A DNA stretch of 64,000 nucleotides from Podarcis bocagei. Its lineage: Eukaryota. Positions 37,385 through 51,400 of the stretch are shown piece after piece (position 1 is the stretch's first letter; every line of letters begins with the position of its first letter). Made by a program: the position numbers and the translations under genes. A model generated the notes under the pieces. The model saw nothing but the letters and a program-made list of their open reading frames with translations. It did not search any database and was not told the origin of the DNA. The stretch lies in NCBI GenBank assembly GCA_964188305.1, contig OZ076893.1. One strand, written 5' to 3'.

Positions 37385-40300
37385 CTGTAAAGAAATTAGT
37401 TTCACATTTAACTCTCTGTTTTCTGTCATTACAAATCACTGCAGTAGTATATTCCTTTCACTTGTCAATCTTTATGGAGGTCTTCTCTCTAGAGCAAAGC
37501 ACGTAAACACACAAAATCAACAGCCTCTAACTACAGTTCTTAATAGGTATCTATGGAAGTAGTAAAAAACAAAGTATTTTAGCTCTGTCTCATAAGGTTC
37601 CCTACAAGTCTCTCTTTAAGACAGAAACCCACTAGCATTTTTTTTAAGTGTCATAAATCTTATGACAATAGGAAATTATTGTTCTGAGGGAGATGGGCTT
37701 CTCGTGGCATTTCATGAATATTTTGTAGCAATCTGTAGAACCATGGGTATAGCTGACATTCTTTCTTGTCTCCCCAGTTTGCAGTGGGAAGAGGGTGATG
37801 TTGATTGCTTATAGGAAGGTGAACACATCTTTACTAAGTGCTCAGGCATCCTTACGTTAGGGATTTGATGTTATAATCTTGAGATTTTCCCTTATAGGAC
37901 AAAGAGGAAAATACATACTGCCTTTTAGAAGGATTTATATGTGCCATCTAAAAATAATGTATTTCTACTGTCCCTAAGTCACAAATAAAGCAAAACAAAG
38001 CAAAGGCTAATTGTGGAAGTCTACATTATCCTGACTACTAACCTCTGGCACTGCATGCCTTCAAGATATTAAGATTGCAGTATATTTTACATACAGATTG
38101 ACATCAAAGCAAGAAGACTGGAGCAAGGGAGTGCATGGCAATTTCTGTTTAACACCTGAGCCTTCAGCACACAAGTATCTCAAAAAGCCCTCTTGTTTCT
38201 TGTATGTGTGACTAAAAAAATTGAATCACAGCTACATGACAACCCAATCATGTATCTCAGAAGGAAATAAATGTGTAGTGGGTAGTGCACCAGGTAAACA
38301 ATTTTAGTGTAAAGGAACCCCAAATGCTTACAACCTCTTTTCTTTATACACTGAATTTGCATTAATCAGTAAAATACAGTTTTGTCTCTTTGGTGTTTTT
38401 TAAATTTCTAACAGAGATTCTTACCCAACAGGCCTTCAAGGTTTGATCTAAGAAAATGGTTCATAGTGAAATGAAAATTCCACACCTGTGAGGGTGAAAA
38501 CAGTGTATTCTCCATCCAGCATAGGTAGATGCTATTTACGGGACTGAACATGCAAAGCCGACGAGTCCAAACAAGGGGAGAACTTAGTTCCCTTGCAACT
38601 TAGCACTGAATGGTGATCTGCATAGCCGTTTGAAATACATGGTAAATAAGCAGCGCCACATTTAGTAGGGAAATCAAGCAGGGCTCCTTTGAATAATAGG
38701 AAGCTTGACTGTGCTAGATGGACCAGTGATCTCACTCAGATGCCCTCTGTTTGGGGAGGCAGGGCTAAGCAGCTCCCACCCCGCTAATATGCTTCCCTGT
38801 TAGGCAAACTACCTTGCCGCTATTAAACTACCTTGTCACTATTAAAATGAGATGGAAGGAAAAGAAGTGGGGCAAAGTAGCCCAGCAGTTAGGTGTTCCT
38901 GTACAATGCTTCCCTTTGCAGGTCAGTGCTCCACATAGCTCTACTCTAGCCATCATGAAAAATCAGAGTGAACTCAAGTGTGAATTCTAAAGCTGGGGAG
39001 ATACCCCATCCATGCCACTGTTTCTGTTAAGAGTGTCATCTAATTTGGGGGGGGGGGTCAAGGGTATTTTAACGTGTGAGAAGGCTTGGGGAGTTGCAAC
39101 AGAAGTCTTCAAACTAGTTCTATAGGTTACAGTTCTAGAAGTAATTATTTGCAACCTTTTGTGCAGTAGCATTTCAGGAATAAAGTAGAAAAGCTATTCT
39201 TCCAAAACATTGATTTAAATAATTTTTGTAAAAAACCCAAAAAACCTACCAGATACAGGCTCATGGAATGGACTAGTTTATCTCAGTTTTCAAGGAAAGG
39301 AACAGATGTAACGCTTTGATATAATTTGGTTTAGTGCAGATGCTGAAATGGGTCTTTCACAATAAAATATATGCAGTATATGTAATTTCAGCTGGATCTT
39401 CTGGCATTTTGAAGTGAAAATGTGTACCTGCAAGCTGTTTTATAGTTTGCCAGTCATAATTATCTCTGTTACACAGACTGCTACAACTGCAACTCTGTCC
39501 TCATGTGCAAGCTCTTCAACAATGTCTTGACAATATTTTAAATTTTGCAAGGCATACTGTTCTCTTTTGCTTTGTTCAGAAGTCTGTTAAATTGTTTAAT
39601 TTCTCTCTGCAGAAAATTTATGAAGTAATCAAATAAGGAACACATACTACTAGATAATCTCTATGTGAATCCCTTGCACAAGATTAGAAATAAATGTGTA
39701 GTGGAACAATCAAACAGTCTTTTGATACTGCATACATAACATTTTACCTGGAAGGGACTGGCTTGGAACTGGAAGAAAAGCACTGACTGTAAACATTGCT
39801 TTACTGCAGTAAGAAATAGTACACAGAGTGTTGAGAAGCCAGGGTCCTCCTTCCATCATGCTGTGGTACAGGATGGAAGAGAAGGGATGCAGGACCATTT
39901 CATCAGCACAGCTGAGACCAGCACATTTGGCTCTTATTCTCTTTGAACTGTCTCCCTACCAGCTGGTCCTCAGAAGAGCTTGTAACTAAGAACCGCTACC
40001 TCATTGTGCTTTTTCTTCCTCCCTCCTAATCTATTTTCCTTTTGTGTCATGCCTTTTAGATTGCAAGGCTGAGGGCAGGGTCTAATTTGTTTGTATTGAT
40101 CTGTAAACCAAGATTTTTTTTTCAGCTCAAGAGCAGGGTAGAAAAAATTCTAAATAAAATAATATAAAAGCATGAAATGCTGGTTAAAAATCCTAATAGC
40201 TGCCATGAAATGCCTTAGTCTGGAAAACACTGTCTACACATATAAAGAAGATGTGGTAGCTTGAATGACAAAGGCACCAAAGCCTCAAATCAGAAGTTGG

Positions 40301-40537
40301 CTGCCCATGGAGAGGAACTAGAACGTGTACACAGAGTTGAAATGGTCTCTAAACATAAAATTGGCCTTAAGTGTAGTATACAAATGGCTTCAGCAAGACC
40401 TTAAAAATACCTGACTGTGTATATGATGCTGTGTATCTCTTCTGCATGACATAGCTCTCTAGAACTGCAGCCTTAGAGTTTTAATGGAACTTTGCAAGAA
40501 CAAAACTAAACTGCTTTAATCAGTTTTATTGATCTTG

Positions 40538-40890
40538 TTCAGATATCACACTAAAACCATAGTTTAACATAACAAGAACAAGCTGCAGCAAGATTCAACC
40601 TTGCATGCTCACACTTTGGCATGACCACTAGGAGGAGTTGTTTTTGCTTAACCACAGCTTATCATACTGTTTGAACCCAATGAACTGTTGTTAATGCTAA
40701 CAATAGTTTGTTTGAAACAAGCCAACTTCAAATCATGGATTATGAAACTAGCTTATTGAAAACAAACCACTGTTAGCATTAACCACTGTCTGAACTCTGT
40801 GGGGACCCGCCAGAGGAGGTGTGAATATGTTAGTCCAGGTTTGTGGTTCACTCTCATAATGTTCAACTATGGTTTAGCATAATGTCCGAA
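40538..40890. repeat. ~350 bp nested palindromic element
   Basis: Outer arms ttcagatatcacactaaaaccatagtttaacat / atgttcaactatggtttagcataatgtccgaa. Inner hairpin at 40690-40783 (gttaatgctaaca / tgttagcattaac). Confidence 0.65.
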
Positions 40891-41234
40891 TGTGCCATTG
40901 TGAGCTGTTTGGCAGTTCACTTCATCCAGGGGTTCTATTGCTGCAAGTGAATTTAGGGTCACAGCCTAATGGGCAGATTCGCATACTAGATTTTTTTTTT
41001 GCAGATACAGAATATTATTATGTTTGCATACATAAAAAGAGACATGAAACTGCAATTCACAAACTCCTTTAAACAGCATCTCACCTGAAGGGCAGCTGAC
41101 TGTGGGTATATAAGATCTATGGCTGCAGTCATATGACCGAAGACAAATAACTTGTGGTACATCTGCAAATGGATATTTTGTACTTCAGTACTATTCACAT
41201 ATTCTTATAGTTCCATTAGTTATTATGTACATAC

Positions 41235-41324
41235 CATTAGGATTCCACTGGTCTTCTCCTCCCAATACGAACAAGAAATTTTCTACTTCCACAACACAAT
41301 GGTGGGCACTATTATACGGCATAA
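41235..41324 (-). CDS. KLHL14: KLHL14 coding exon (90 bp; IMPYNSAHHCVVEVENFLFVLGGEDQWNPNG)
   Basis: Kelch motif (LFVLGG). Boundaries are tcacag| and |gtatgt, phase 1 to phase 1. Confidence 0.96.
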
Positions 41325-43764
41325 CTGTGAACAAAACAGGTATTCTTTATCAAGCTCCATTTCATACAATGGCTGCTTTGAGACATTTACTTCACGAAAG
41401 CTCCAAACCATAAATGCAGACATAATATTAGTATGCTTCAGTTCTAGTACATATGTCAAGTAAACTAAAAGTTGCTGGTATCCCATCTTTATGATATCCC
41501 TTTTGGAGAAACTGGAAAAAATAACCAGATTAAATCACCACCAATTTCCTTCCCTTGTATCTGCTTGCTGTCATGTTTTGGTGCTCCAGGTGCACTATCC
41601 CAAACTGGGCTATGATGTGCTGATCTCTTCAGCATCAACACTTGTAGCTGAAACCCAGCAAACACAGGCGTACGTGGGATCTTAAGACTACACAGCCCAG
41701 GGTCTGTTTTAACAGCTGCTAGTGTGATTTATGATACACAGAAGCTGTCATAACAGCTCCTCCAGGCTTGCAGTTCCTGAGGGGCCGCTGAATGCGACTT
41801 CACAAGCCTGTCACAGTTGTGTCGTCAGCTATTGCACAACCTGTGGGCTGAGTAGTCTTCAAGACCCCAGGTATGCTGTAGTTGAAGGGGCCAATAATAT
41901 ACTTTGCAACTTTTTAAAAAATGAAAGAGACATGGCTAAACCTGCAATTGTCAACTGTGTCCTGCAAGTACCATGTAAATAGCAAGAAGGTTAAATAAAA
42001 GCAGCACTGCAAAAAAAAACAAAGAAAACACCCTCCACAAGCTTAGTTCTGTTGGCAACATTTCCATAAGAAGAGTCAAAGTATTCAGCAGCTTTCTCTT
42101 ACACAGCAATGAGCAAGCTGCATTTCCATACAGTTTTAAGTTTTTAAATTAAGGTCCTGCTGATTTAATGCCTTCTCCAAATGTATACGCTTAATTTCCT
42201 GTACAATGTCATTAGCAGCACAATCAGACATTTTCCATCCATCTAATCAGGGAGGCCTTTGTTGAAAGATCAAAACTGTTTTACCATAGTTGCAACATCC
42301 TTTTTCTCTTTTTTTAAGAGGATGGGATTATTTTGAGGGGATGGGAGGGGAGAGGCAAGCAGGAAATCTTTTTTTCCTGTTTCATCCCCCTCCCCTTCCC
42401 AAGGCTAGAGATGTAAAACAAAAATATGCAATTTTAATGCCATAATATGTATTGCTCTGTGGAATGCAACACTATCAAAAATCGTATGTTGAAATGCATA
42501 CTTACACAGGTTTAGCTATCATACTACATGCAGTAGTTCTGGCCCGGTGTCACCAGTAGGAAAAATAATGTCCTTGTTCAGCGCATCATATGGGCACCTT
42601 AAATCTAGGTGAGGACAAATGGGGAGGTGATGTGCATGTACAGGCAGGGAACTTATTGCTTGAAACGGATCAACAGAGCACTTAGGAAACCAGTGCAGTG
42701 GGAAATCAATATGACTCAGGGCCAGCTTTTACTTTGTGCTCTTTTGCCAGTGCCAAAAAAAGAGGCAGCCTATCTCACACTTGGATTATTTTGGGTGATA
42801 TATCTCTCATTTCATTTGTTTTATTATCTTTTATTTTTCTCAATGCACTCGAAGCCGTATAGCATATGCAAATAACAATAAGAAATATGTGCAGCTTTCT
42901 TGTTGAAGACACATTTTCTTAAAGATCAAGTAGTCTCGTTTAAGCTTCTTACTGATTTTTATTTTATTTTATTTATTTTGCCTATGCAATGGTGAATAAG
43001 CAAGGTGCAAATTTAGCTTCCAGTAAAGGTCAAACATCATTTTCATAGTCTGTGGTTGTACAGCTGCCTAAGCAAAAGCAATTGTTAGGCAGCTAGGCTA
43101 GTGAAAATGCATTAATTAATGTTACTTATTGCTGGTAGATCTTATACAGCCATTAAGCAGCCAGACATAGACACTGTTAATTTTCAAATTACTTACACAG
43201 TTGTTCCACGTAAGTCAATGAGATATTTTGGAAGATGAAGCTTAAGAACTATAGCTTTGGAAAATGTATTGATAGGTAGAATGGCTTAATGTCATGTGTA
43301 GATTTATATTCGTATTAGTTCACAACAGCCAGCATGTTAATTTATAACTCAGGGGCAAGTTGGAGATTTGAGCCCACAGGTAAGCTTTCTTCTGCAAGTT
43401 AAATGTAATGCCATCATTCCATGCATTACTAAAACCCTCTCCCTTAAGAGGAGGCCTGAGCAACTTGTGAGCAGCCCACTAGAAACAAGGCCACAATACA
43501 CAGGTGGTGATCTGTGCTTGTTTTCTGCCTCACATGTTGCGGAATCCTTCTTCAGATCACATGAAATCATGAAAAGCAAGTTCTGCCTCTTTTTTAACTC
43601 ATGACAAAATACTCACACAAAATTGATCTGGAGACCCTTCATATTTACTCCAAAGATACTAAGAGCGGATCTGAGGCTCCTTTCCTGTTACATTGCAGCA
43701 CCTTTCAATTGCATACCCAGAAGCATGGGGGAACCACTTTATAGTACAGCGATGCCAAATCGTA

Positions 43765-43860
43765 GAAGTTGGGCAGGGTGGTCACATGAATAATTGTTTG
43801 TTTCCCCACAGGTTGCCAGTTCCATGTGAAATATTCATGTGACCACCCCTACCAATGTTC
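43765..43860. repeat. Short hairpin with perfect 17-bp inverted repeat
   Basis: gggtggtcacatgaata (43776-43792) pairs with tattcatgtgaccaccc (43832-43848). Confidence 0.8.
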
Positions 43861-44710
43861 TTATGTTATTTTATTTATACTGCTCTTCAAATAAGCACTT
43901 CCTGGTTGGATTAAGGCAGCTTGCATGCGCACCTCATGCAGAATGCAGCTGAATCATGCAGAAGTGATTTCCTTGCCGTTGGGCATGCTTCTTAGCATGT
44001 AATGTACTAAGGCAGCAAAACTTCTTTAAACACGGATTTCAGAGCTAAGTGGCAACAATATATGGCCAGCCGTTCTCCGTTTGTTTGATGCCATGTGTAA
44101 AAATGGTGGAATATCCGACTTGTAAAATTACCGGTATTATGTTCACTCCAATGACACAAGTGAAAGTTGCAATGGAAAAAAGCAGAAATAAATGTTCTAA
44201 AATGTCACTCAGGTTAAAAAAACAACAACGCTCTGGTTCCAAAATGTAACTTATAAAAGAGCATGTTACAATTCAGAGAACTACATTACTGGCTCTGTTG
44301 GGAGTATGTATTTTTCAGACAGAAGCTGCCGCCGTCCCCCAAAATTTAAAGGTTCCACTAGGCACGTGTGAGCCCATATCAACTTTCTGTATGATATGAC
44401 ACATTTCTGCATTCTGAAGGCAGCAACTACACTTTTTACATTGCCCCTCATCCTTCCTGCCCCAGGATGCCTTTTAGACCAACTTATTACATTCACTAAG
44501 AATTCATGGGTGTAAATAATGCAAAGCATGGGCCAATGTGTAGTCCACTGATGCAGACAGCTGCTCTTATTAATTGCACACTGTCCTCTGCTTTACTGAT
44601 TTATTTTAATATGAGTCTCAGATTCCCTCATCTTTACATTTCATTTCATCTCAGGTGAGTACCTCTCTTCCCCTCCAAAAAAGGTATTGGAAAAGAAGTT
44701 TGTACGCCAC

Positions 44711-45026
44711 NNNNNNNNNNNNNNNNNNNNNNNNNNNNNNNNNNNNNNNNNNNNNNNNNNNNNNNNNNNNNNNNNNNNNNNNNNNNNNNNNNNNNNNNNN
44801 NNNNNNNNNNNNNNNNNNNNNNNNNNNNNNNNNNNNNNNNNNNNNNNNNNNNNNNNNNNNNNNNNNNNNNNNNNAGACNNNNNNNNNNNNNNNNNNNNNN
44901 NNNNNNNNNNNNNNNNNNNNNNNNNNNNNNNNNNNNNNNNNNNNNNNNNNNNNNNNNNNNNNNNNNNNNNNNNNNNNNNNNNNNNNNNNNNNNNNNNNNN
45001 NNNNNNNNNNNNNNNNNNNNNNNNNN
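44711..45026. other. Assembly gap (N run containing a 4-base island, agac, at 44875-44878)
   Basis: Read directly from the sequence. Confidence 0.99.
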
Positions 45027-48000
45027 TAGAGGCACTTTCAAAAGAGGTTTAAAAATCTAATAACATGTGTTTATAAAGCTCTCTGCAAGAACTCTCAGCT
45101 TTATTAAACAAACTAGTGGAGTTAAATGAAAGGAGAAAACACCAATAAATAAGAGGAAAAAATTGACATCTGAAAAACATGTGCAAGATCCAAGGTCCTA
45201 GAAATAAACTGCACCTATATAGACATATCGGAGAGGACATGCACAAACCAACAGCTTCTCTTCTGGCCTACCTTCTCCCCCAGATGTTAAGGTCCCAAGA
45301 TGATGAGAAAGCAGAGTTGTAGTACAGATCACTTCTTTAAAATTTCAAAAGAAATCTGATCCACTTAACCTGTGGAGCAGAACCCTATTCTCAGTGGGGG
45401 GCGGGGGGAAGTTCGTTTCCTTCAGTATCTGTGTTTCTGCATTCTAGTACAGTATGTAGATTGTTTGATTGAACTTGTACAAGTATTTGGTTGTGCATCA
45501 TCAGCAACCAGTTTGGGAAAGGATTTATCTTGCCAAAATCAGGCAAGGCAAAAGCAAAGAGAGACTTCCCCCTTTCCTGACAGAGAATGAGTGATATCTT
45601 CTCTCTCACTGTGCACACCCATCCACTTCCAGTTCTGCCCTTCACCACACCTTTCCCCACACTTTACTATGCTTGCACAATATTTGAATTCTTTTTCTTC
45701 GTCAGATGCTGTGTCTTGTAAGATTGTTCATTGATCTTAACTAATGTGTTTCCACCAACCAGAAAACACACAGGTCCCAGAAAACACATTGAAAACACAA
45801 CAGGTTCCATAGGCCTGAATGGCAGGTATATATTTCTAAACAAACAGTGGGCACAAGCCAGGACACCAGTTTCTCAAATGTTTATGGGTGCCCATCTTTC
45901 CTTCACATCATATATGGTTACCGCAGCAAACCTAAACCACACATGAAGTTTGAGGCAGCTCTAAGTCAGCAATGTATCACCAGGAGAGACTGTGCAGGCA
46001 CTAAAAAAGCCTTCCACTGTTTAAAAATAATTCTATAACCCCTTCCTCAAATTTGCTCATAATTATTCAAAAATTAGCACTTGCCAATAAATTTCAGCAT
46101 AACAGCTGTCTAGGAGATGTTCACTTTGAATGCAAACGCATTCATTATTTGTAATGAATTACTAACTACCCAAAACACAGTAGATTTCTGGTCACAAATA
46201 TCTGGGTTGGAGAGAGGTGCTTCAGATGGAAGAGCACCAAATGAAGATAAGTGGACAATGAATACTTTTGTGTTACTGGATGAACTGAAAATCTGCTTTG
46301 ATTTTTAAAATGCTTGTGAGGTCTGCTTTGCCAGAGATACAGTCACAGAGACAGAAATCACTTGGAGCAATTCAACAGTAATGTTACACATAGGTGTTAA
46401 GTTCTAATGGAGACAGACATACTGTACAGGGTTCTTTAAAAACTGTATCAACCAATCCAATACCTATCTACTATAATTTTTTAATTGTTTTTTTTTACTT
46501 TGTAAGTCTCCTTGAGACAATTTTGTGAAAAAGTGACAAATTAATATAAAGAAACAAATACTTGTAAGTAAGGTTTCCTCTGTTCAATGGGACTTACTAC
46601 CAGGTATGTGGGTATAAGATTGCAACTTCAGTCTGTCAAGTTAGAAATGATGACTGCAGTATCTGTCTGTTTTTAAAAACCAGTCACACACTCATCCTTT
46701 ACAATTCTAGATGGAGTCACTAGATGGTGTTCATAGCTGCCTGCCCTTCTGTGCCCCACCTCAAGATGCTTTGAATTATTATATTAATCAGAATTTGCAG
46801 CCAACCACAAACAAAGAAGTGAAATGTAACATGAATAGCATAGCTAGTTTTCTCTCCAGCAGTTAACTTCTGTTTGTGTATCCAGTTCAAAGGAAAGAAA
46901 TCAAATGTCGTGTACAGAAAACAAATGCATTTGGTGCCAATCCTGACAAGTGCTGAGTTCCTACAACTCTCACTGATTGTGACAGATTTGGCACAAAATG
47001 TGCCTTGTGTTTTCTTGTCTCAGTTCCCCAAATCCAAACTGAATGAGAAGCAGTCCATGATTCCACTGGCAGTCCAAAATATAGTTTCCTACTCCATACT
47101 TCAGTCCTGGTAAAATAATTGCTTCTGTTTATTGTTTCATGGCTGCTTTGTGGCTGTGTCTCTGTAGTTCCACCATGGGTTCGCCACATTTTTTTCCTGT
47201 AAAGTTTGAAAGCTGTTTTCTCATAGTTGTGCTCCATGCTACAGAGGCTCAACTGGCCTCAACCAGAAGTCAGGCATTTAGTGATACTGTGGGACACTCT
47301 TCCAGCAGAGATTCATCAAGCTTTCCTCACTTTTTGACTTTCAAGCATCTCTTGAATACTTTTTTATGCCAACAAGCCTATGCAGTTATTTAAAATCTCT
47401 TTGAGGAGCCAATCTTCCCTCCATTGTCATTCTGGCCTCATCTCTCCCCAAGGCAGATGCTGGAGCCTCCCACTCCCTGTTGTAGACCTTCTTAGTTCTC
47501 ATGTCAAATGATTTGTGCTTCCAGGTAGGTATATATTCTTCATCAGTTGCCATACTTTGCTTCTTGCTCTCTTTATGCTTCCTTCTGTCTTCAGGGCCAC
47601 TTTTTAGTCCCTTGCTAATCCTCTTCAGCCTACCAAAACTTGTCCAAACAGAGTTAAACCTAGTCTTATACTTTCTTTGGTCTCGATCCTCAAGCCAATC
47701 AATTTGTTTCTGATGGAATTACAAAGCCCATTTGCCTATAAATAAGGAGAATGAAATTTGAATGCAATATCCACTAACTGACCAATCATAAACCAATCAG
47801 TTCTGAATGCCACTGCTGTTAGCATAAAAGGTGAAATGCAGCCAGCAATAGGAAGCAGCTGTGACAGTTTAAATGTCAATTGACTAACAGACCTTGTATA
47901 ACTATGTATATTCTCTCTGCTTCTAGCCAGCAGTTAGAGACAATACTTCCTGACAGTTAGCCATTTACAACCCAATAAGTGTTTAAATTGTTAAAACATG

Positions 48001-48219
48001 GTAAGTTTACCGCACAACAATATAGGTTTTCCACACTGTAGGAGCTTCTGCCACCATAGTGCTTTTGAAAGCAACTGTTCATGAGATAAAAACAGGTGAT
48101 ACAGTATTTGGATTCAACAGGATGTGATACAGGATTGCTGAATGGTAGCTTAAGTATAGCTCTAATAGCCTAGGTAGATTCAACATTCAGAATTTGCTAA
48201 CACTGGGTATCTGTCTTTG

Positions 48220-48491
48220 ATTGTTGTTGTTTAGTCGTGTCCAGCTTTTCATGACCCCATGGACCAGAACACGTCAGGCACTCCTGTCTTCCACTGCCTC
48301 CCACAGCTTGGTCAAACTCACGTTCGTAGCTTCAAGAACACTGTCCAACCATCTTGTCCTCTGTCATCCCTTCTCCTTGTGCCCTCAATCTTTCCCAACA
48401 TCAGGGTCTTTTCCAGGGAGTCTTCTCTTCTCATTAGGTGGCCAAAACATTGGAGCCTCAGCTTCAGGATCTGTCCTTCCAGTGAGCACTC
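48220..48491 (-). mobile_element. BovB (RTE) LINE 3' end with (CAA)n tail
   Basis: The minus strand encodes SLEGQILKLRLQCFGHLMRREDSLEKTLMLGKIEG, the BovB ORF C-terminus. Confidence 0.88.
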
Positions 48492-51400
48492 TCTAATTAC
48501 CAGATGCTGAATGGAAATCTACCAAAAACTGAATATGTATTACTTTGTTGACTGACTCCTCACTAACATGGATTAGAGTTTCCCCAGATTACATGGATGT
48601 GTGGCAGCAATCAATTACATGTGGAGGATGTCCTCAGTACAGCAATGTACTTTAAGTTCATCAGTCCTTTGGTAATTTTCTTTGTTGCTCCAAATGCATC
48701 TGATATTGGAAACAAGAGAAAACTTATGTACCTGTAGACTTGACACCTTAACACCTGGAGGATAATATCTGACATCAGAGCTTCTGAGAATTCCATCTTC
48801 AGAATTCTGTAACTGCCACCTTGTCTATAGCATGATTTTGATTCACACCAGAGCAGTAGAAGAAGGCAGAAACTGAAACATCTTGCTATAAAAAGGTCAT
48901 CTGTTTTATTAAGTAAATTTATTTATTTACTTAACAAAATTCATATATCTTTTATCGCAAAAACCCCAAAGAAGTTTATATATACTGGTAACTATAAATA
49001 AATAAATAGCTATGTGAAAATACCAATAAATATTGAACACAAATATAAAATAATCCTGTGCACGCTATCTGTGACAGTTTCTTGCAAATAATTCCCTATC
49101 CCTCTAGAAGTGTTATATAATAATTTTAGCAATTATCACCAATTTTGTGCCCATTTAACATAGATTTAAACTCTGATTCTCACTGATTGTAATGATTGCA
49201 TTTCATTACCATTCAACTCCCACCTTCCAGTTTTCTCCTTTATATACCTGCCTACTAAGAATTCACTTCACGCATCTAACAACGTGGGTTTGGGTCCTCA
49301 AAAATGTATGTTACAATGCATTTATGACATAAATTTAAGGTGCCACAAGACACATTGATTGTTTTTACTGCAAGAGATTGGCATGCTATCCCTCTGGTGT
49401 TTTTTTTTTAAAGTGAGATAGTGATGACTTACAAAAATGCTACCCCATACATAATGTATTTCCAATCCTGCATCCTGTGCAGTTTGCTTCTCAAAAGAAT
49501 ATGGTTCCCAAGTTTATTTATGGCAGGAATTCCTACCTTTAACAGCAGTATGACAAGCAGAAATTCAACAGGTGACAATTTCCGCTTCATTGCACTTCCG
49601 TGCTCAGAAATGTTTCTCTGGTACAATTTTTCCCTGTCATGCAGCTATTAAAGGCTCAAGAGCCCTGCCAGAAAAAGATAGCAACCCCAGGTGGCTGCTA
49701 TGGTATTTACATTATGCTCAAAATTCCTCAACAGGAAACAGCAAAATATAGTTGTTGTACTACCACTAACTACTACTCCTGATATACTCCTCTATATGCC
49801 GATTTTTCTCGCTTAGCTTTATCAGTCCATTTGCAGCTAGGATATCACCTAGTTTTGACCCTGTCTTGCTTGCATCAATCCTTTCAGCAGTTTAACTTGC
49901 CTTCCTAGCACTGAATCACTGACTCATTTTCTTACATTATACTGTACTAGATTTGTTCACTGGCTTTGACTCACTCTTGGTCTTTTCTCCACAATGATCC
50001 TGGTCACAATCTTTTAAGGTAAAACTAGACAGCAGCAGATAAGTGTTTCATTTGTATGGTCTGTATGAAGCCTTATTCTACATTATTCCCAACACATGTT
50101 CACCGAACTCATGAGAGTTGAGTGAGATCATGCCAGTAAGCCATGATTCTGGTGGTGTATGCTCAGCTTCAGTGAGAACAGCCCTTATGCATGTAGGGTC
50201 AACATGTATAGGACTTCTCCATATAAAGAGAAATCAGCCAGTCATAAAGGGATTCCCTTTATGTAGAGGAGTCCCTACAGAGATTTCAGATAAGGAAGAA
50301 ACAACTGTAATTATCAAGACATGTTAAATCTCTGTATCACTCTGTTCTGTACCACCCTATTCTGCCTTGGTATTCCACACCTGGAATACTAAAATGTTGA
50401 ATCTATCCACAGAAAATGGGCAGTTTTCTGATTTCATGAAGAGCAATTTTTAAAGAATATCTTGAACTTTAGAGTTTTTGAGGTGTAAAGGTGACTTTTA
50501 TTTGCATGTGCTAGAAAGCATGCAGAGATTCTCTTAAGGAACACAGGAAGCTGGGAAAATCAGAAAGAAATGAAGCTACAAGATGACCAAAGGCTGAGCA
50601 TTATGATGTAAGTGCTAAATAGGTGCACTATAACAGGGTACACAGAAGATATTGAACAAGTGAAACAGCCCATAACAAAAACTGCATTAGTTTGTGTTTG
50701 GAATATCTTCATCTGCTCTTTGATATATCCAGGGAATAACTGGGAGTAGAACAGTGTTGCTGACATCATGTCTTACCTATCTAGCAACCATGTGACTCCC
50801 AAGTCTCTGCTACCATCTTGCAATGCTCTCCAAGAAGGACACCTGGTTCCACTTCCCCATTCAGTCCCTGCCAATGAATTTGCTCATAAATAAGCACACT
50901 AGCCTGCAATTTGAGCTAGCAGCATAGGCCATTCCATTACTCTAGTAATTGCTTTGTTGTGAGTACTGCAAATGAACAGAGTTTTCCAAACAAGGAAAGA
51001 CAGTTTACCTTTTCCTTTCCTGAAAAAAGCAATGAGAGGAAATGGTCACAGAAAATTAACACAGCGCATTTTTGTTTGTGCAAGAAAATCAGAACACGAG
51101 GAAGCCCCAATCCAATATATTAAAACATGTTCAGCTAAATAACAGAGGTATAAAAGCAGCATCCAATAATATTATCATCTAACAAAACACATTTAGGGAA
51201 AGCTCTGATTGTTATTGAAAGATATTTCAAATGGGAAACATAAAATTTCAATCACAAATGCCACTGACGTTGTGACAATCTGGATTTCCATTCTTCCTTA
51301 GAACTTTTCTCTCTCATTCTTGGATATGCAGCCATGCATCATTAATAGGAATGCAGCCATACATCATGCTTGCCACAGGCATTGTATAACTAAACTCTAC

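Noticed and set aside
44646-45052. ORFs spanning N runs (also at 60108 and 60555)
   Set aside because: Artefacts of assembly gaps.
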